Made by a program: the position numbers and the translations under genes. Under the pieces are notes generated by a model that saw nothing but the letters and a program-made list of their open reading frames with translations, made no database searches and was not told the origin of the DNA. A stretch of DNA of 64,000 bases from Lytechinus pictus (Eukaryota), in assembly GCF_037042905.1 (NCBI RefSeq), contig NC_087256.1, forward strand, positions 2,170,001 to 2,234,000. Direction: 5' to 3'. This document shows positions 50,386-64,000 of this stretch, piece after piece (position 1 is the first letter of the stretch; each line of letters starts with the position of its first letter).

Positions 50386-52957
50386 CTCACAAAAACTTCT
50401 TGAAATTTAATAATCTGGTCTTAAGTTCAAAACGATTAGACTAGGTAAGAAGTTAAAGATATGTGCTCAGAAGCTTTCTCTGAGATGAAAGATAAAAGTT
50501 CATAAGCTGGCACCAATAAGTAAAATGAACCCTCTAAACAATTTACCACATGAAATTTATAATTTACATTAATGCTCTGAAATGTCCTAAACTTCTCATG
50601 CTCTGAAATGTCCTAGGCATTGTTATCTCACTTAACAAATAGGAAGTGATGAAAATGATGACCCAGAATGCATACTCAATAATTGAATCTGGGACACAGC
50701 TGTGCAACATTGATGTGAAAGCTTCTTCTGATATCATCAAACCATACGCATGTTAAAAAAGTGATGGGTGATGCAATTAGGCTTTTTAAAAATGATGCAT
50801 GAGTAAAAAAAGTGCAAATGGATTACTTCATTCTTCACTATACTCATGCTGAAGTTTATCACATGGCTGGTTTATCAGCATAAACGGGGCAAGAATTTTC
50901 AGCGCCAAATTCAATCTTTTATCAGCCAAACTGCACCCAGTATGCTCAACATGAATGATTAGTCTCATCAAGAGCAGGAAATACTGAAATCAAACAAATG
51001 TGTTATAATCATTTTAGTTCTTCTAATTTAATCAGAGAGAATGAGAAGAGAGGGAGAGAGAGATAAAGCATGAGTGTGTTAATACATGAATAGAAATGCA
51101 TTACAGTTTGTACTTTTGAATGGGTCAATGTGTTCTAATTATGTCAGAATGTTGAAAGACATGCTAAATCAACTTCAAGGGAACTGCTATCACTTTCCAA
51201 TATGTAACCATATTGGTCAGAGCATTAACAAATTGAACTTCCAAACTTGAAAGGCATCTTTTAATTGGATTCAAAATTAAATTAAAACATCTTCGGAACA
51301 TGACTTCTGTTCCGCCTTACAGCCAATCCGTGCAAAATTCAATTAAAACTATTCATAGCTTATTATTTACCTCAGAAGAACAATTAGTGAAACAAACAAT
51401 GATTTCACTGATTATTTGTTAAAGCATATGATATTCTTACATATTGTTTGCTCAAATAAAAAAAATTGTCAGTCAAAATCACAATTTGTTTCATGGACTA
51501 CTTCGCTGGTTATCATAAAAACAGTGTTTACATTCATTCAGTAACCTTACAATTAAAAATTCATTTAGTAGTAGTAAAAAAAATCATGTATTAATAGCTT
51601 GCTTAAAAAGTGCACTATTTGAAAGTAAAGCAAGATTAATTGCAAATATACCATTGGCAAAAGATAAGAGGCAAGAATTTCAATTTAATCCAATAAAATT
51701 AGAAATTGACATTTGTGATGCTGCAACAGGCATATTTGCCCAAGGAATGACCTGCTTTATTGGGTGATTTACAACAACTAAAAATCTTATTTTATGCATA
51801 AATCAATATTAGAAAATGCTCAACTGAAATCATTTTATAAAATTCAACTGTGCAATTCGTAGATACGCCAAACTTCACAAGGGTGAAAGTTCCTCAACAT
51901 TTTTCACTACATTTGCAACTCTCAAGCATTGTGTTATGGGCATTTTATTCTATTTCATTTTTTTTTTGGGGGGGTGTAAAAATAATTAAGAATATTACTG
52001 GGGAAAGAAAGAACAATATACATGTAGAAGTGATAGCAGACATAAGGTCAAAAATCCATCTAACCTATCAATTAATAATTAAACAAGCAAATCAACTTCC
52101 TTTTCTCTGTTTTACTTTCAATGTGAATCATATGTCCATTTATGTAATATACTAACATTAGTTAGAAACTACAAAAGAAAGAAATATTACCAGGTCTGAG
52201 ATGGTGTTACAGATATGAAAAAAAAACCTAACAATGGTTTGTCAATTTCAATCAAGTTTTCATAGATTTCATAGACAACTAAAATATATTGTGATTGCCC
52301 TGGCATGGTTCACAGAAAATAGGTGAAGATTTTATGCTACATAAATTAGATTTTCATTCATATGGCAGCAAACTGATCACATGTTTACATGGTATCAATT
52401 CACATTTTGTTCTCCAGTATGCAGTACAAATTTCAAATTGCCTGAAAAAAGGTCTCTCAGCCTGAAAGTTAATCACATGAAAACCACATTGTTTGCAGTT
52501 AAACGGACATCCCATGAAGGAAATACATTATGAGTGCCAGGGTTTCCTGTTTATCTAGTTTAATAACAAACATTGATTGCTACTTTAGAACCCAATGTTC
52601 CTTTGAATAACATCAAAATCAAGGTGATCTATTCTGTGCTCATCACAAGAATGACATTCATTACCAGATCCAAAGTAAAAACACAATCAGAAAATTTTTG
52701 ATGTACACAGGCTTTTCATAGAGAACTTTGGACTTTAGAATAAAGCTTGAAATAAAATAACAATCAAGGGATCACATTAGTTCTGAGTGATCTATTTATT
52801 ATGTGCACATCACATTATCACAGGTGTAAAGTTCAAAATGTGTGCAAATTAGACTCTGGCTTTTATATGGATCTCTTCATTTTATATTCCTTTGAATTAC
52901 ATGAAGGTCACATTCAAGTACTTATTTCCAAATGGATTCAGAAAATGTTCCAAATAT

Positions 52958-55850
52958 AAACTAGCACATCAATGATGTGGAGCTCATCCGGCATCTCGCA
53001 ACCAAATTTAACACAATTTTAATTTCAGCCCAGTTGTCACTGTAGTGAATTATATTGGTGACATAAATTGAGGATATAGAATTGAAATTGATGAAGAAAT
53101 GACATAGAAGCATTTTTTGTGATCTATGAATAAATTTCATATAAATTAAGCATAAATAATTTTCTCGTCAAAATTTCTTAACTCTATGTAGTACCTTGGT
53201 GAACCTCATGTAGCTCTCAGATGGAACAAAAATAATAAAAAATCAACAAATAAATAAGCATTTTTTGTGAGTTTTGAAAATATATGAATAAATTAGCATA
53301 TTTAATTAGTTCCAAAATTCTGTGTTGAAATTTTGTATCACCACCTCTAGCTATTATATAAAGCAAACAAAATTGAAATTGATCAACAAATGAAGAAAAA
53401 ACATTTTTGTGATTTATGAATAAATTTTGCATAAATTAGCATAAATAATTTTCTAGAAAAAAATTCAAAATTTTGTGTACAAGTTTGGTGAACCTCATGC
53501 AGCTCTACCAGATTGAAGAAAAAAAATCAAAATCGGTCAACAAATAAAGAAGAAGAGACATTTTCTGTAATTTATAAATAAATTTTGCATGAATTAGCAT
53601 AAATAATTTTCTACTGAAAATGTCAAAATTCAGGGTAGAAGTTTGGTGAACCTCATGAAGTTCTACCAGATGGAAGAAAACAAGTGGAATGCCTCTGGCT
53701 GTCTCACCTGCATCACACGATTCAATATAGCAGCAGTGCTGACTTTGAAAACTACTATAAAATAATTATTCACAAAAAACACCATTCATATAATCATACA
53801 ATACTACGTTCATTGACATTTGACCTTGATCATGTGACCTAAAACTTGTCAGTGATCTTGATTACCCCTATATCCACATTTTATACACTATATCTATAAA
53901 CTTTGAAAGTTATGACAGCAATCTAATAATTACCTCTAAAATAGCCAAAGTTCAATGACCTTAAATGACCTTTGACTTTGGTCATGTGACCTGAAACTCA
54001 CATGAGATGTTCAGTGATACTTGATGACTCTTATGTTCAAGTTTTATGAACTAGACCTATATATACTTACAGAGTTAGGATGGTAATTCAACAAATACCC
54101 CCAACATGGCCAAAGTCCATTGACCTTTGACCTTGGTCATGTGACCTGAAACTCGAAGGGGATGTTCAAAGATACTTGATTACTCTTATGTCCAAGTTTC
54201 ATGAATCAGATCCATAAACTTTCAAGGTTATGATGGTAAATCAACAGATACCCCCCCCCCCACATGGCCAAAGATCATTGACCTTTGACGTTGGTCATGT
54301 GACCTGAAATACGCACAGGATGTTCAGTGATACTTGATTACTCTTATGTCCAAGTTTTATGAACTAGACCAATAAACTGTCAAAGTTATGATGGTAATTC
54401 AACAAATACCCCCAACTTGGCCAAAGTTCATTGATCTTACATGACCTTTGACCTTGATCATCGCACAGTATGTTCAGTGATACTTGATCACTCTTATGTC
54501 CAAGTGTTATGAATCAGATCCATAAACTTTCGAAGTTATGATGGTAATTCAACAGATACCCCATTATGGCCAAAGTTCATTGACCTTTGACCTTGGTCAT
54601 GTGACCTGGAATGCGCACAGGATGTTCAGTGATACTTGATTACTCGTATGTCCAAGTTTCATGAACTAGACCAAAAAACTTTCAAAGTTATGATGGTAAT
54701 TCAACACATACCCCCAATTTGGCCAAAGTTCATTGACCCTAAATGAACTTTGACCTTAATCATGTGACCTGAAACTTACACAAATAGTTCAGTGATACTT
54801 GATTAGTATTATGTCCAAGTTTCATGAATCAGATCCATAAACTTTCAAAGTTATGATGGAAATACAACAGATACCCCCAATTTGGCCAAAGTTCATTGAC
54901 CCTAATGACCTTTGACCTTGGTCATGTGACGTGAATGTTCAGTATTACTTGATTAACCTTATGGCCAAGTTTCATGAACTAGGTCCATATACTTTCTAAG
55001 TTATGCTGTCACTTCAAAAACTTAACCTTCGGTTAAGATTTGGTGTTGACGTCGGAAAAGCGGCGCCTTTAGTCTCACTCTGCTATGTAGGCGAGACAAA
55101 AAATCAAAATCGGTCAACAATTATAGAAGCATTTTATGTGAATTTTAAGAAATACGCATAAATTAGCATATTTAATGAGTTTCAAAATTCTGTGGAGAAC
55201 TTTTGAATCCCCCACCTAATGCTATCATATAAAGCAAACAGAATTGAAATCAGACTTGCAATGACAAAGAAGAAGGATTTTGAAATTCAGTCAACAAATA
55301 AAGAAGAGGCATTTTCTGTGATGTATGAATTTCGCATAAATTAGCATAAATAATTTTCTAGACAAAATTTCAAAATTCTGTGTAGAAGTTTCGTGAACCT
55401 TATGAAGTTCTACCAGATGCATGAAGAAAAAAAAATCGGTCAACAAATAAAGCATTTTATGTGAATTTTCAAAAATATGTATAAATTAATTTCGCATAAA
55501 TTAGCATAAAAATTGTTCTAGTCAAAATTTCAAATTCTGTGTAGAAGTTTGGTGAACCTCATGAAGCTCTACCAGATGGAAGCAAAAAATTCAAAACCGG
55601 TCCACAAATAAAGAAGAAGCATTTTTTGTGAATTTTGAAAAATGCGCATAAATCAGCATATTCAATGAATTTCAAAATTCTGTATAGAAGTTTTGAATCC
55701 CCCACCTAGTGCTATCATATAAAGCAAACAGAATTGAAATCGGACTTGAAATGGTGAAGAAGAAGCATTTTGAAATTGTGGACGGACGACAGACGACGGA
55801 CGCCACGCCACGGCATAAGCTCATCTGGCCCTTCGGGCCGGATGAGCTTA
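52958..55850 (+). mobile_element. Helentron/DINE-like family H2 element with its own tandem repeats, hosting an H1 copy
   Basis: Sub-terminal agctcatccggc (52981) matches terminal hairpin agctcatctggcccttcgggccggatgagct (55818-55848), which follows a GACG microsatellite; repeats of cataaattagcataaataattttct..gtttggtgaacctcatg. Confidence 0.8.
53678..55100 (+). mobile_element. Helentron/DINE-like family H1 copy with expanded ~120-130-bp tandem array
   Basis: Same ends as 39013-39893; about nine repeat units; inserted in an A-run of the H2 host. Confidence 0.85.
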
Positions 55851-58163
55851 CAAATTGAAATATCAGCATACAAGCAATGTCATAAAATGCAAATTATGGT
55901 GAGCAGAACAGGAATGTATTGACTTTGAACTTTAATAGCAAAAGTCAGAGCAGCATCTTTTACATCAAGGAATCCTCCAAGCGTCTTTGCATTATATTCA
56001 TCTTAGAACCGATTCTCAACTACTTCCAAAACTGGTTTCCATTAAACCACTTCACAAAACCAGTTTAAAGGATCACTTTGCAAGCTTTCTCATCATCAAC
56101 ATCTTCTGAACAGGTTTCCAGAACCACTTAAAGCATGTACACATGTTGAACCACATGTAGGCTACTGACCAAGTAATGCACCTAGCATACACAAACTAAC
56201 TTTCTTGAAGACTGACTATGTCCTCATCTAGCAGTTTAAAGAGGCAAAGCAAGTCTTGAAAATCACACCACAAGCTTTATTTCCAAACTGGTTTGTACTG
56301 TAGTAAGACCACTTAGGTTCGCATCTGTATCAAAGACTGCTTCCAGTCTTCCCATTTATGTTAAACAGGGGTCAATTGGAAGAATGCAAGTCAATGTGAA
56401 GGACACAAAACACCTTCAAATCCTGCATTGAAATTCCCCTTGAATGAACTGCAAAATTTACTTCGGAACAATTAGGTCAAATTTTGTTAAATAAACATTC
56501 TCTCTGACTTGCTTATGTGTTTCCCTCATAAAGCCACTTTAAACTTAATGATCCTGAACCGTGACTTTATTCAAAGAATCACATAGCCATGAAATATCTG
56601 GAAAAAATAAGCCGGGCTAAGTGCTAAAATCATGAGCATTTGAAGCACCTAACACAAGGGCAAGGACTGAAACCATGCCTCTTAACCTCCATGCCACTGT
56701 AGGTATGTGTTTTTTAGTTGCTAATCGGAAAAAAGCTTTTGAACTTTCAACAGTTCTTTCACTTCTAATATTTCCGCAGCCCTGAAAATAACATCTAGGG
56801 CCCTTTTTCTCCATCCCCAGTTTAGCCATTGTCTAAAGAACAAAGTTTTGAAATACATTGTGATCAATCATTCGTCGTTGGGGAAACATTCTATGTCTCA
56901 CAAATTGGGGAATGAATTACACTCACACAGTGTGCCAACATACATGATGAATCTTTGTGATCACTTCACTGTGACTTATTCACATATTTTATAAAAGAAA
57001 ATTCTTATGAAAGACAGAGCAGTAGAACCTGCAATAATAAGGAACATTTCTACAATTATTTCCACAATGGTGAGCATATCATAACTTTGAACTTGTTAAT
57101 AACATAATTGTTATTGAAGTTGCATTCTCTAGTTCACAGGATGGGGCATGGGGGGTATCAAAATTAAAAAGATTGAACATAACCATCACACATGAGTCAT
57201 GTTAATCAAACATGATTCATGATCACTTTTATCAGAAACTTCTAGACTTTGTGCATGCCAAAGTTCTGCTCATTTTACAATTACAAGCATATCACCATCA
57301 CAGGTGAAATGTAGAGTTCAAACTTTACTGGTTCTCTAAAAATAAGATATGGAAATTGATTTTTCTGTTCCCAACTGATGGCAGACATGTCACCTTCATG
57401 AGTATATAATCTTTAAATCAAATTTGGTTTCAAAATTCAAAACTCTCTTATACCTTTATGTAAAAATACTTTGTAAAGCAATGTCATCACAATGTTCCCA
57501 TTCTAATCTCTGACATTTATCAATTAAATAGAGCCACTATCTAACCCAGATGAAATCTCGTATCATTTATTCACCCCCAGTATCTCCTCTATCCATCATC
57601 CATCAAGATAACTTGATGATTGAGCATTCATTTTCCAGCATACTTTTTGAAACGTTTCACATCGATATGATCGCACCATGTATAACCCACTTGCATATGA
57701 CTTTTATCATTGGCAAAGCTCATGCCGTTGCCTTGGTTTAAGTAGATGCATCTAGATTGATAGTCACTATCGGCATGTATTATGCATGAGGGTGTATAAG
57801 GGCAACTTGATCACTCAAGACGTCCCTTCTCATCAAACAAGCCTAACACATGGGGGCGCTGTTTGATAATGCCCAGGAATCATTCTTCTTTGTACCATTA
57901 ACAGTTGGAGGAGAGCAGTGCAAGGTTCCATGTGTATCGTTTGCATCAGATTCAAATTATCCAGTACAACTAACAATTCACTACAAACTTGAACTTGAAG
58001 GAATAAAATTTGTGATTTGTAGAAAACAAGTTAGCATAGCCATCAATTGGCCATCAACAAAAGAAAGCCTTGTAACACATAGGCCGATACTCAATCAAAG
58101 CTTTGTAACCATATGATCTTTATATTAAAGAAAATAGAATATCATTGATTGTCAAATCATTAA

Positions 58164-58780
58164 AGGTCAAGTCCAACCCAGAAAATTGTTGATTTGAATC
58201 GATATAGAAAAATCAAACAAGCATAACGCTGAAAATTTCATTCAAATCGGATGTAACATAAGAAAGTTACATGGCTTTTTTGAGTTTCGCTTATTTTTTC
58301 GCAAAACACTTCTATGCACAACTCAGTGATATGCAAATGAGTCGAGAGTCGATGATGACCTTCACTCACTATTTCTTTTTGTTGTTTTTTATTTTTTTAA
58401 TTAGCCAATATTTCATTTTTTTTACAGATTTGACAATAAGGACCAACTTGATTTAAGAATAAACTGTTGAAATAATGATAAATTCCACATGTTCAGGGAG
58501 AAATAACAGTTTGTTTTACATGACAATGAGGAGAAAATTCGAATTTTTCATGTTTCATATAATAAAATACAAAAAAAATAATTAGTGGGTTACATCACCA
58601 GTCTACTCATTTACATACCGACCAGGATGTGCATTTAACTGTTTTGTGAAATTAAGCGAAACTTTAAAATGTCGTAACTTTCTTATTTTACATCCAATTT
58701 TGATAAAATTTGCAGTGTCATATTTGTTGGAATTTTTTTTCTTTGTTCAAATTAACTCTCTGTTGGGGTGGACTTGTCCT
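58164..58780 (-). mobile_element. Kolobok-like MITE family A (full length, inverted)
   Basis: TTAA|AGGTCAAGTCCA..TGGACTTGTCCT|TTAA; reverse complement of 21144-21746. Confidence 0.87.
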
Positions 58781-59915
58781 TTAAGCTAAGACAATCAATG
58801 ATATAGCACTGTAACAAAATGCGAACACGGAGTTGAAAACATTTACAAAATCAATATAGAGATCAGAAAAACAGGTATTAGTGGCACTTGGGCAGATGAA
58901 GAAAAGAGGCAGCATCCTTAATACCACTGGAGATTGAAACCATCATAGATTAAAAACATACCTGGGGATGTTTAGTGACAGCAAGAGCTTGATATATACA
59001 AAACCAATATTGGTGCATTTTAGAGCACCTAATAACCACTTCAGATATCACAACAGAGTTAGTGGCACTCACGGCCCAACAACGATCCCATCCCATTTGG
59101 ATAGGCAAACCCAGAAATAATCATTCAGATTTCCCTGGCTATTTTGACCCGAAACATGACACCTTGATCGGGCGTTGCGGGCATGAGGATTGACCGTGGA
59201 AGTAACATGGCGCCTTAGAGATGTGGGAGAGTCTATTGGCCAGCACCATCAGGGAATCTACAGGGATCAGTCAGGCGATATAGGGTATACGACATGAATG
59301 GATAGGGACTTTATAAGCATCAAGATGACAATGATATCATCTATCCTTCTTACTTCATGGTTCATTATTCTAATGAAATATGCAAGAACAACTGCATTAC
59401 CATCAAAAGATGAAGCTGCTTTGCTCAGTAGCTATCATGAAATCATCTAATTCAAGTTACTTTAATGAACAGCCATCACCATGGTAACAAATTCTGGGAA
59501 TCTCTAATAAAGCTTAAAGTAAACATATTTACATTTAATATCACCTAAATTTCAAGGGTATAAATCAAGGTCAGCAATGGACAGCAACTATTCTTACTCC
59601 AGTATTTCATATCAATAATCATTGTAGATTTTTTTTTGTCAGAGTAATTTCTGTAATTCAATGAGAATATGACATTTGGGCAAATTCAAACCATATGTTG
59701 AGAATCATAAAGAAACAGCTCCAAGTGATAATAAAGAAAAAAAGGTATTTGATATATATTCTCAGCTCATTACAACTATAAAACATTGTCTGTAATAATT
59801 TCCAACACACACATGTAATAATATGACATGAAAAACACTTGAAAAAACAAAAAACAAAGAAAACACTGTGTGAGAAATAAATTTGGAAACAACACTATTA
59901 TATTGGAAGTGTTAG

Positions 59916-60670
59916 CACGGAGCTACTAACACAGATCCATCTTCCAATCTCTGTTAATCGTTTGTTTTATCGCTTCCTTCAGGTGAAGAAACGAGATCTA
60001 ACACCAATCGGCGAGCCGCCAGGCGAAAGTAAGAGCCTGCTTACGTAACGTGATAAGCACGCTCTTAAACTCTGAGGTTCGAGATTCTGTGAAGGTCCAT
60101 TCGATGCACCGCCGTAAATGACGAAATTATGAGGGGAAAAAGCATACTTCGAACTTGATTTTGATGCTGTAATTTATTTGTTCAGTTTTGCTCGCCTTGA
60201 AAATATAACAACGAATCTAAAGGGCATTTCTACGGCGATCGTCGCATCGTCGAGTATCCTCCGGTGCCCAATCTACTTCTATTTGTGTAAGTTGAAGGTG
60301 AGTGTGATGCTGGAGCTCCGAGCTCGCGCGCTCAGCTCTTTCACACAGTACAGGCCTCAGCTCCGGACCGTTTCAGAAAAATATTAGAATTGACGCATTG
60401 AAGAGATAGATCTAACAAATTAGACCTGACTTTTATGATATTTCATTGATTATGATCTGTATATTCTATTTAAATTGTATAACCCATTGGGTCCGAATAT
60501 CAGCGTTTTAAATTAAATTCCATCAATTTTCCCTATCTGATTTACGGGCGGCCTGCGCCTGTGAGTGTGAAAGTGCTGTGATGGATCACCCTGCTGTGAG
60601 GGGATTAGCGGTGCCGTGCATGGGGCAAAGCGCTCAAGAGAGCCAGATCTCCATCCGTAGTAGCTCCATG
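59916..60670. mobile_element. CpG-rich segment bounded by short inverted repeats; probable non-autonomous DNA transposon
   Basis: cacggagctacta.. / ..tagtagctccatg (12/13 inverted match); no clear target duplication. Confidence 0.55.
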
Positions 60671-61014
60671 ATATTAACACCCCCACCCTTCGCATCCCGC
60701 CGGATAATCAATAGAATATCTATAATAAAAATAATAATAAAAGGGGTAAGCTGAACTTATGTCATCAGGTTTTCATATCTGACAAGCTGTAGTGATCCCA
60801 TACCTAACAAAGAAAAAACAGTGAAGATTGCATGCTACATATATGTATATACCCCATACATGTAGAGCTGGACAAACTATGTTCACATCTCATCCAGATT
60901 TCGACATGCTTAATTCTACAAATGCATTTGAGAAATTCAATATCTAAAATTAGACTATCATATTTAAATGAAAAATAAAGGCAAATTTTCATTCAATTAA
61001 GTGAAATAAGAGGA

Positions 61015-61331
61015 ATGATAACAATAGTAATAATAATCATTATAATAATGATAATTGGCTTTTACATAGCGCTTTATCAATCTACAACTGCTCAAATCGC
61101 TTCACAATTATTATTACCCGGTCACTGGATTCATAGCTTTTTAGCAGCCACACTTGCTAAACTAACCACAATAACGGTTGTTTCCTACCGGGACCCAATT
61201 AGCACCTGGGTGAGAGTGGCAAAGTGTGGATTGAGGACTTGGCATTGGACGCTATAGGCCATGGTGGGATTCGAACACATGACACTCTGATTACAAGGCG
61301 AGAGTCCGAACCGCTACACCACGGCGCTTCC
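61015..61331 (-). mobile_element. tRNA-derived SINE, same head family as 33858
   Basis: Reverse complement GGAAGCGCCGTGGTGTAGCGGTTCGGACTCTCGCCTTGTAATCAGAGTGTCATGTGTTCGAATCCCACCATGG; (AAT)n tail near 61015-61055. Confidence 0.9.
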
Positions 61332-61410
61332 CAAAGCTTTACTATAACAAGACCAAGTGGAAGTAGTAGTATCAAGGCACTTACCGTATGCTTTGTCAGG
61401 ATACAATCTG

Positions 61411-61540
61411 GGTCCCGTAACACAAAGGTTAGCGATTGATTGTAGTACATTTTTCTACAATTGATTCCACTGACTACAATGTACAATCAATCGTGAAAAT
61501 CAAGCGTATAATCAATCGCTAACCTTTGTGTTACAGGACC
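61411..61540. mobile_element. Short palindromic MITE
   Basis: ~31-bp TIRs ggtcccgtaacacaaaggttagcgattgatt / aatcaatcgctaacctttgtgttacaggacc. Confidence 0.85.
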
Positions 61541-64000
61541 TTGGTTACTTCTCATTCATTTTCCATATTTCATCAATTGAGTAAAGCTTGGGAAATTTTT
61601 CAGGAAACCCGACATAAAGTAAATCAATAGAACTAAATATCAGTCAATAATTCTTTCTCAATAAACTGTGTTTCAATCAAGGGGACAACTAAACTGTAAC
61701 TGACTGCCTCCAGTCAAAACTGGCATTGAAGTCTTTACACACATGCATGGTGAATTCATACAAATGCATCAAACTAGACTCATCCTTCATTCATATCTCA
61801 GAGTAAAAATTAGCTGATTGCTTCTTTGAAAACCCTTGTTAATGAAAAGAATTGATCTTGAATTGGTCAAATTAATGCAAATCAATACATATCTCATAAC
61901 AAATGTATCTCACAATGGGGTAAAGATTCATAGGAAATTAACAAAGTATCTTTGGAAGCTATTCTTTTTTAATCAAGCAGAATATTATAGCACTATTTAT
62001 AAGTAGAAATGTAAAGTACTTAGCAAAACATAAGTTTGCAATAAAAAATTATAGATAAGAATTATGTGCACTTTCATTAGTGATTTATTTTCTTCTGGGG
62101 GACGGAGGGGGGGGGGGGGCGGCGGGGGGAGGAGGGGTTGCGACCATGATTATTTTGATCTACAAAAAATTGTTGAATTCCTGACATTTCTTAAGTTTTC
62201 CTTTCTACGTGCATTTTGAAGTATGCTGGGATTCATGGTGACTGAATCTTTTTCCACAAGCTTGCAAATTCAAATTAAACAAAAATCTATGGATAAATGC
62301 ACAAACTACACAATGCCTCAAATATTACATGTATACATAAGTATTTGAATGGTAAAGTAGTAGAATCTATTGGTGGCCAGAGACATTTTTCTGTTCACAC
62401 ATAAGTGAATCAAATTATAATTTTAATTCTAATACCATTTTTAATCTCGCCAATTTTCTACTAGTGTCAATGCTTCTATTGTGAATGGGGCCAATGTAGC
62501 CATGAAGTCCAAGAATTTCCTTCAATATTTTATGAGGTCAAGCCCACTGAGTGTAATTGTATGGTGAGATGAGTGGACATGGGGGATGGAATTTATGTGG
62601 AGGAAAAAAATGTATATGCTCTAAATGAGGTTGACATGCTTTGGATTCCCTAACCATGGTTTTAGACTTGCACTTTAATACAGTATTATTACATACTAAA
62701 CACATAATAACACACAAAGGGACCTTACAGAATTATAGGTTATATGATGACATCTGAATCTGACATTTAGATATTCTCAATGTCAACTTCATTTTTTTCG
62801 GGGCAGGAGCAGAAAACAAGATGTAGGCCTACGTTTACAATTAATGTGATTTTATTCTAAGGAAGCCTTGTTTTTTATTATTATTGGCAAACAATTGAAT
62901 AAAGAAGCATTTGTTATTAAAGGAAATATAAATACCCTCCCATCCCCTAAAAAATATTTATAAAAAGATTGTAAGAGAATTTCATAACTTCTTTATTAAA
63001 AAAAATATTCTGAAAGATCTAGCACTTGGTAAAAAACCAAATACAATTAATAAACAAACACAGAAGAAAGTAAATTGGAAATAATACATCTTCAAAATAG
63101 AGCTGCAGGCTTGCAGTAGCCAATATAGTAGGCCTATGTATTTGCCACACAACATAACATTAAAGCCTACAATTGACATATAAAAAATATATTGGTCTAA
63201 TTGAACAAGTGTTGATGAAAACAAACCCCATCTCTCGGGTGGTGGTTGTGTTGATCAGTCGACCTACAATCAATTATACAAAGAGAGTGGGATCTTGGAC
63301 ATCAAAGCTAATGAAAGTGTGTTGAACTTGACCTGAGCATATAATAAGAGGATGGAAGGGGTGCTATAGTGATCTCATCCATCTCTATGACAATTTTATA
63401 TCCAGCTTCTACTGCCCCCACCCTCCCATCCCCCTCCCTCTCTCTCTCATATACCATATTTCATATTTGAAACAAGGTTTCACCATGAATGAAAGTTGGC
63501 TTTATGCCAGCTGAGCTGATTTGTGGTCTTCAGTAAACTGGCTATATGTATGATGAACAAGGCTGAATTCTGCCATCTTAAATGTCATCCAGGGGATGTT
63601 CTGATTGGGATGACACATAATTCAGTCCAGCATAAACTTGACATCATGAACACAACTAGTCTCACTAAGCAAACCCTTTTCCAGCAATACTATCCATGAT
63701 AGATAATCATAATCATCTCTGCTTATCACTATATATTGCAAGAAGTATGGTGGCTTTGAAGGACATATGGCAGAAGTATGGTGGCTCTGAAAGACGGTCG
63801 ATCACACATGAGACACGACTTCAGTTGTGAAGTTCATGATCTTCATTGCAAAGTTTGCGATTTTCATTCCAAACTCTGCATCATGAAGTTCACGATTTTT
63901 GTTGCTGCAAACTTTGCAATTTCAGTTTGCAACGTAAGTCATAAACTTCACAGCTAAATTTGCAAAGTTTGAAACAAAACTTGTGAAATTTACCACTATT

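Noticed and set aside
53800-55020. CRISPR-like regularly spaced repeats
   Set aside because: The spacers are themselves repeated (tandem units), the context is eukaryotic, and there are no cas genes.

Overview
This is AT-rich animal genomic DNA. The repeat landscape suggests a marine invertebrate deuterostome such as a sea urchin (inference, not proven). It holds one intact protein-coding gene: a minus-strand Ikaros/Pegasus(IKZF5)/Hunchback-family C2H2 zinc-finger transcription factor at 18739-20832. Its CDS is uninterrupted, with a 2+3+2 finger layout and the C-terminal dimerisation pair. It is preceded by a strong splice acceptor and two tiny uORFs. The ~11 kb downstream (18738 to ~7780) reads like one very long 3' UTR: few intact transposons, CpG-depleted, ending at AATAAA plus a GU-rich element. 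On the mRNA strand only, it carries three perfect let-7 8mer sites, three perfect miR-125/lin-4 8mer sites, six further 7mer-A1 sites and one miR-100 8mer. This points to a heterochronic-type (lin-4/let-7 -> hunchback-like) module acting on a deuterostome Ikaros-family gene, and is the main finding. The rest of the window is non-coding: a decayed CR1/L2-type LINE, a decayed Penelope-like element, tRNA-derived SINEs, and many non-autonomous DNA transposons (Kolobok-like TTAA MITEs, Tc1/mariner, Harbinger-like, Merlin-like, Helentron/DINE-like), several of them nested. All motif counts were made by eye; family assignments rest on recalled consensus features, not database searches.
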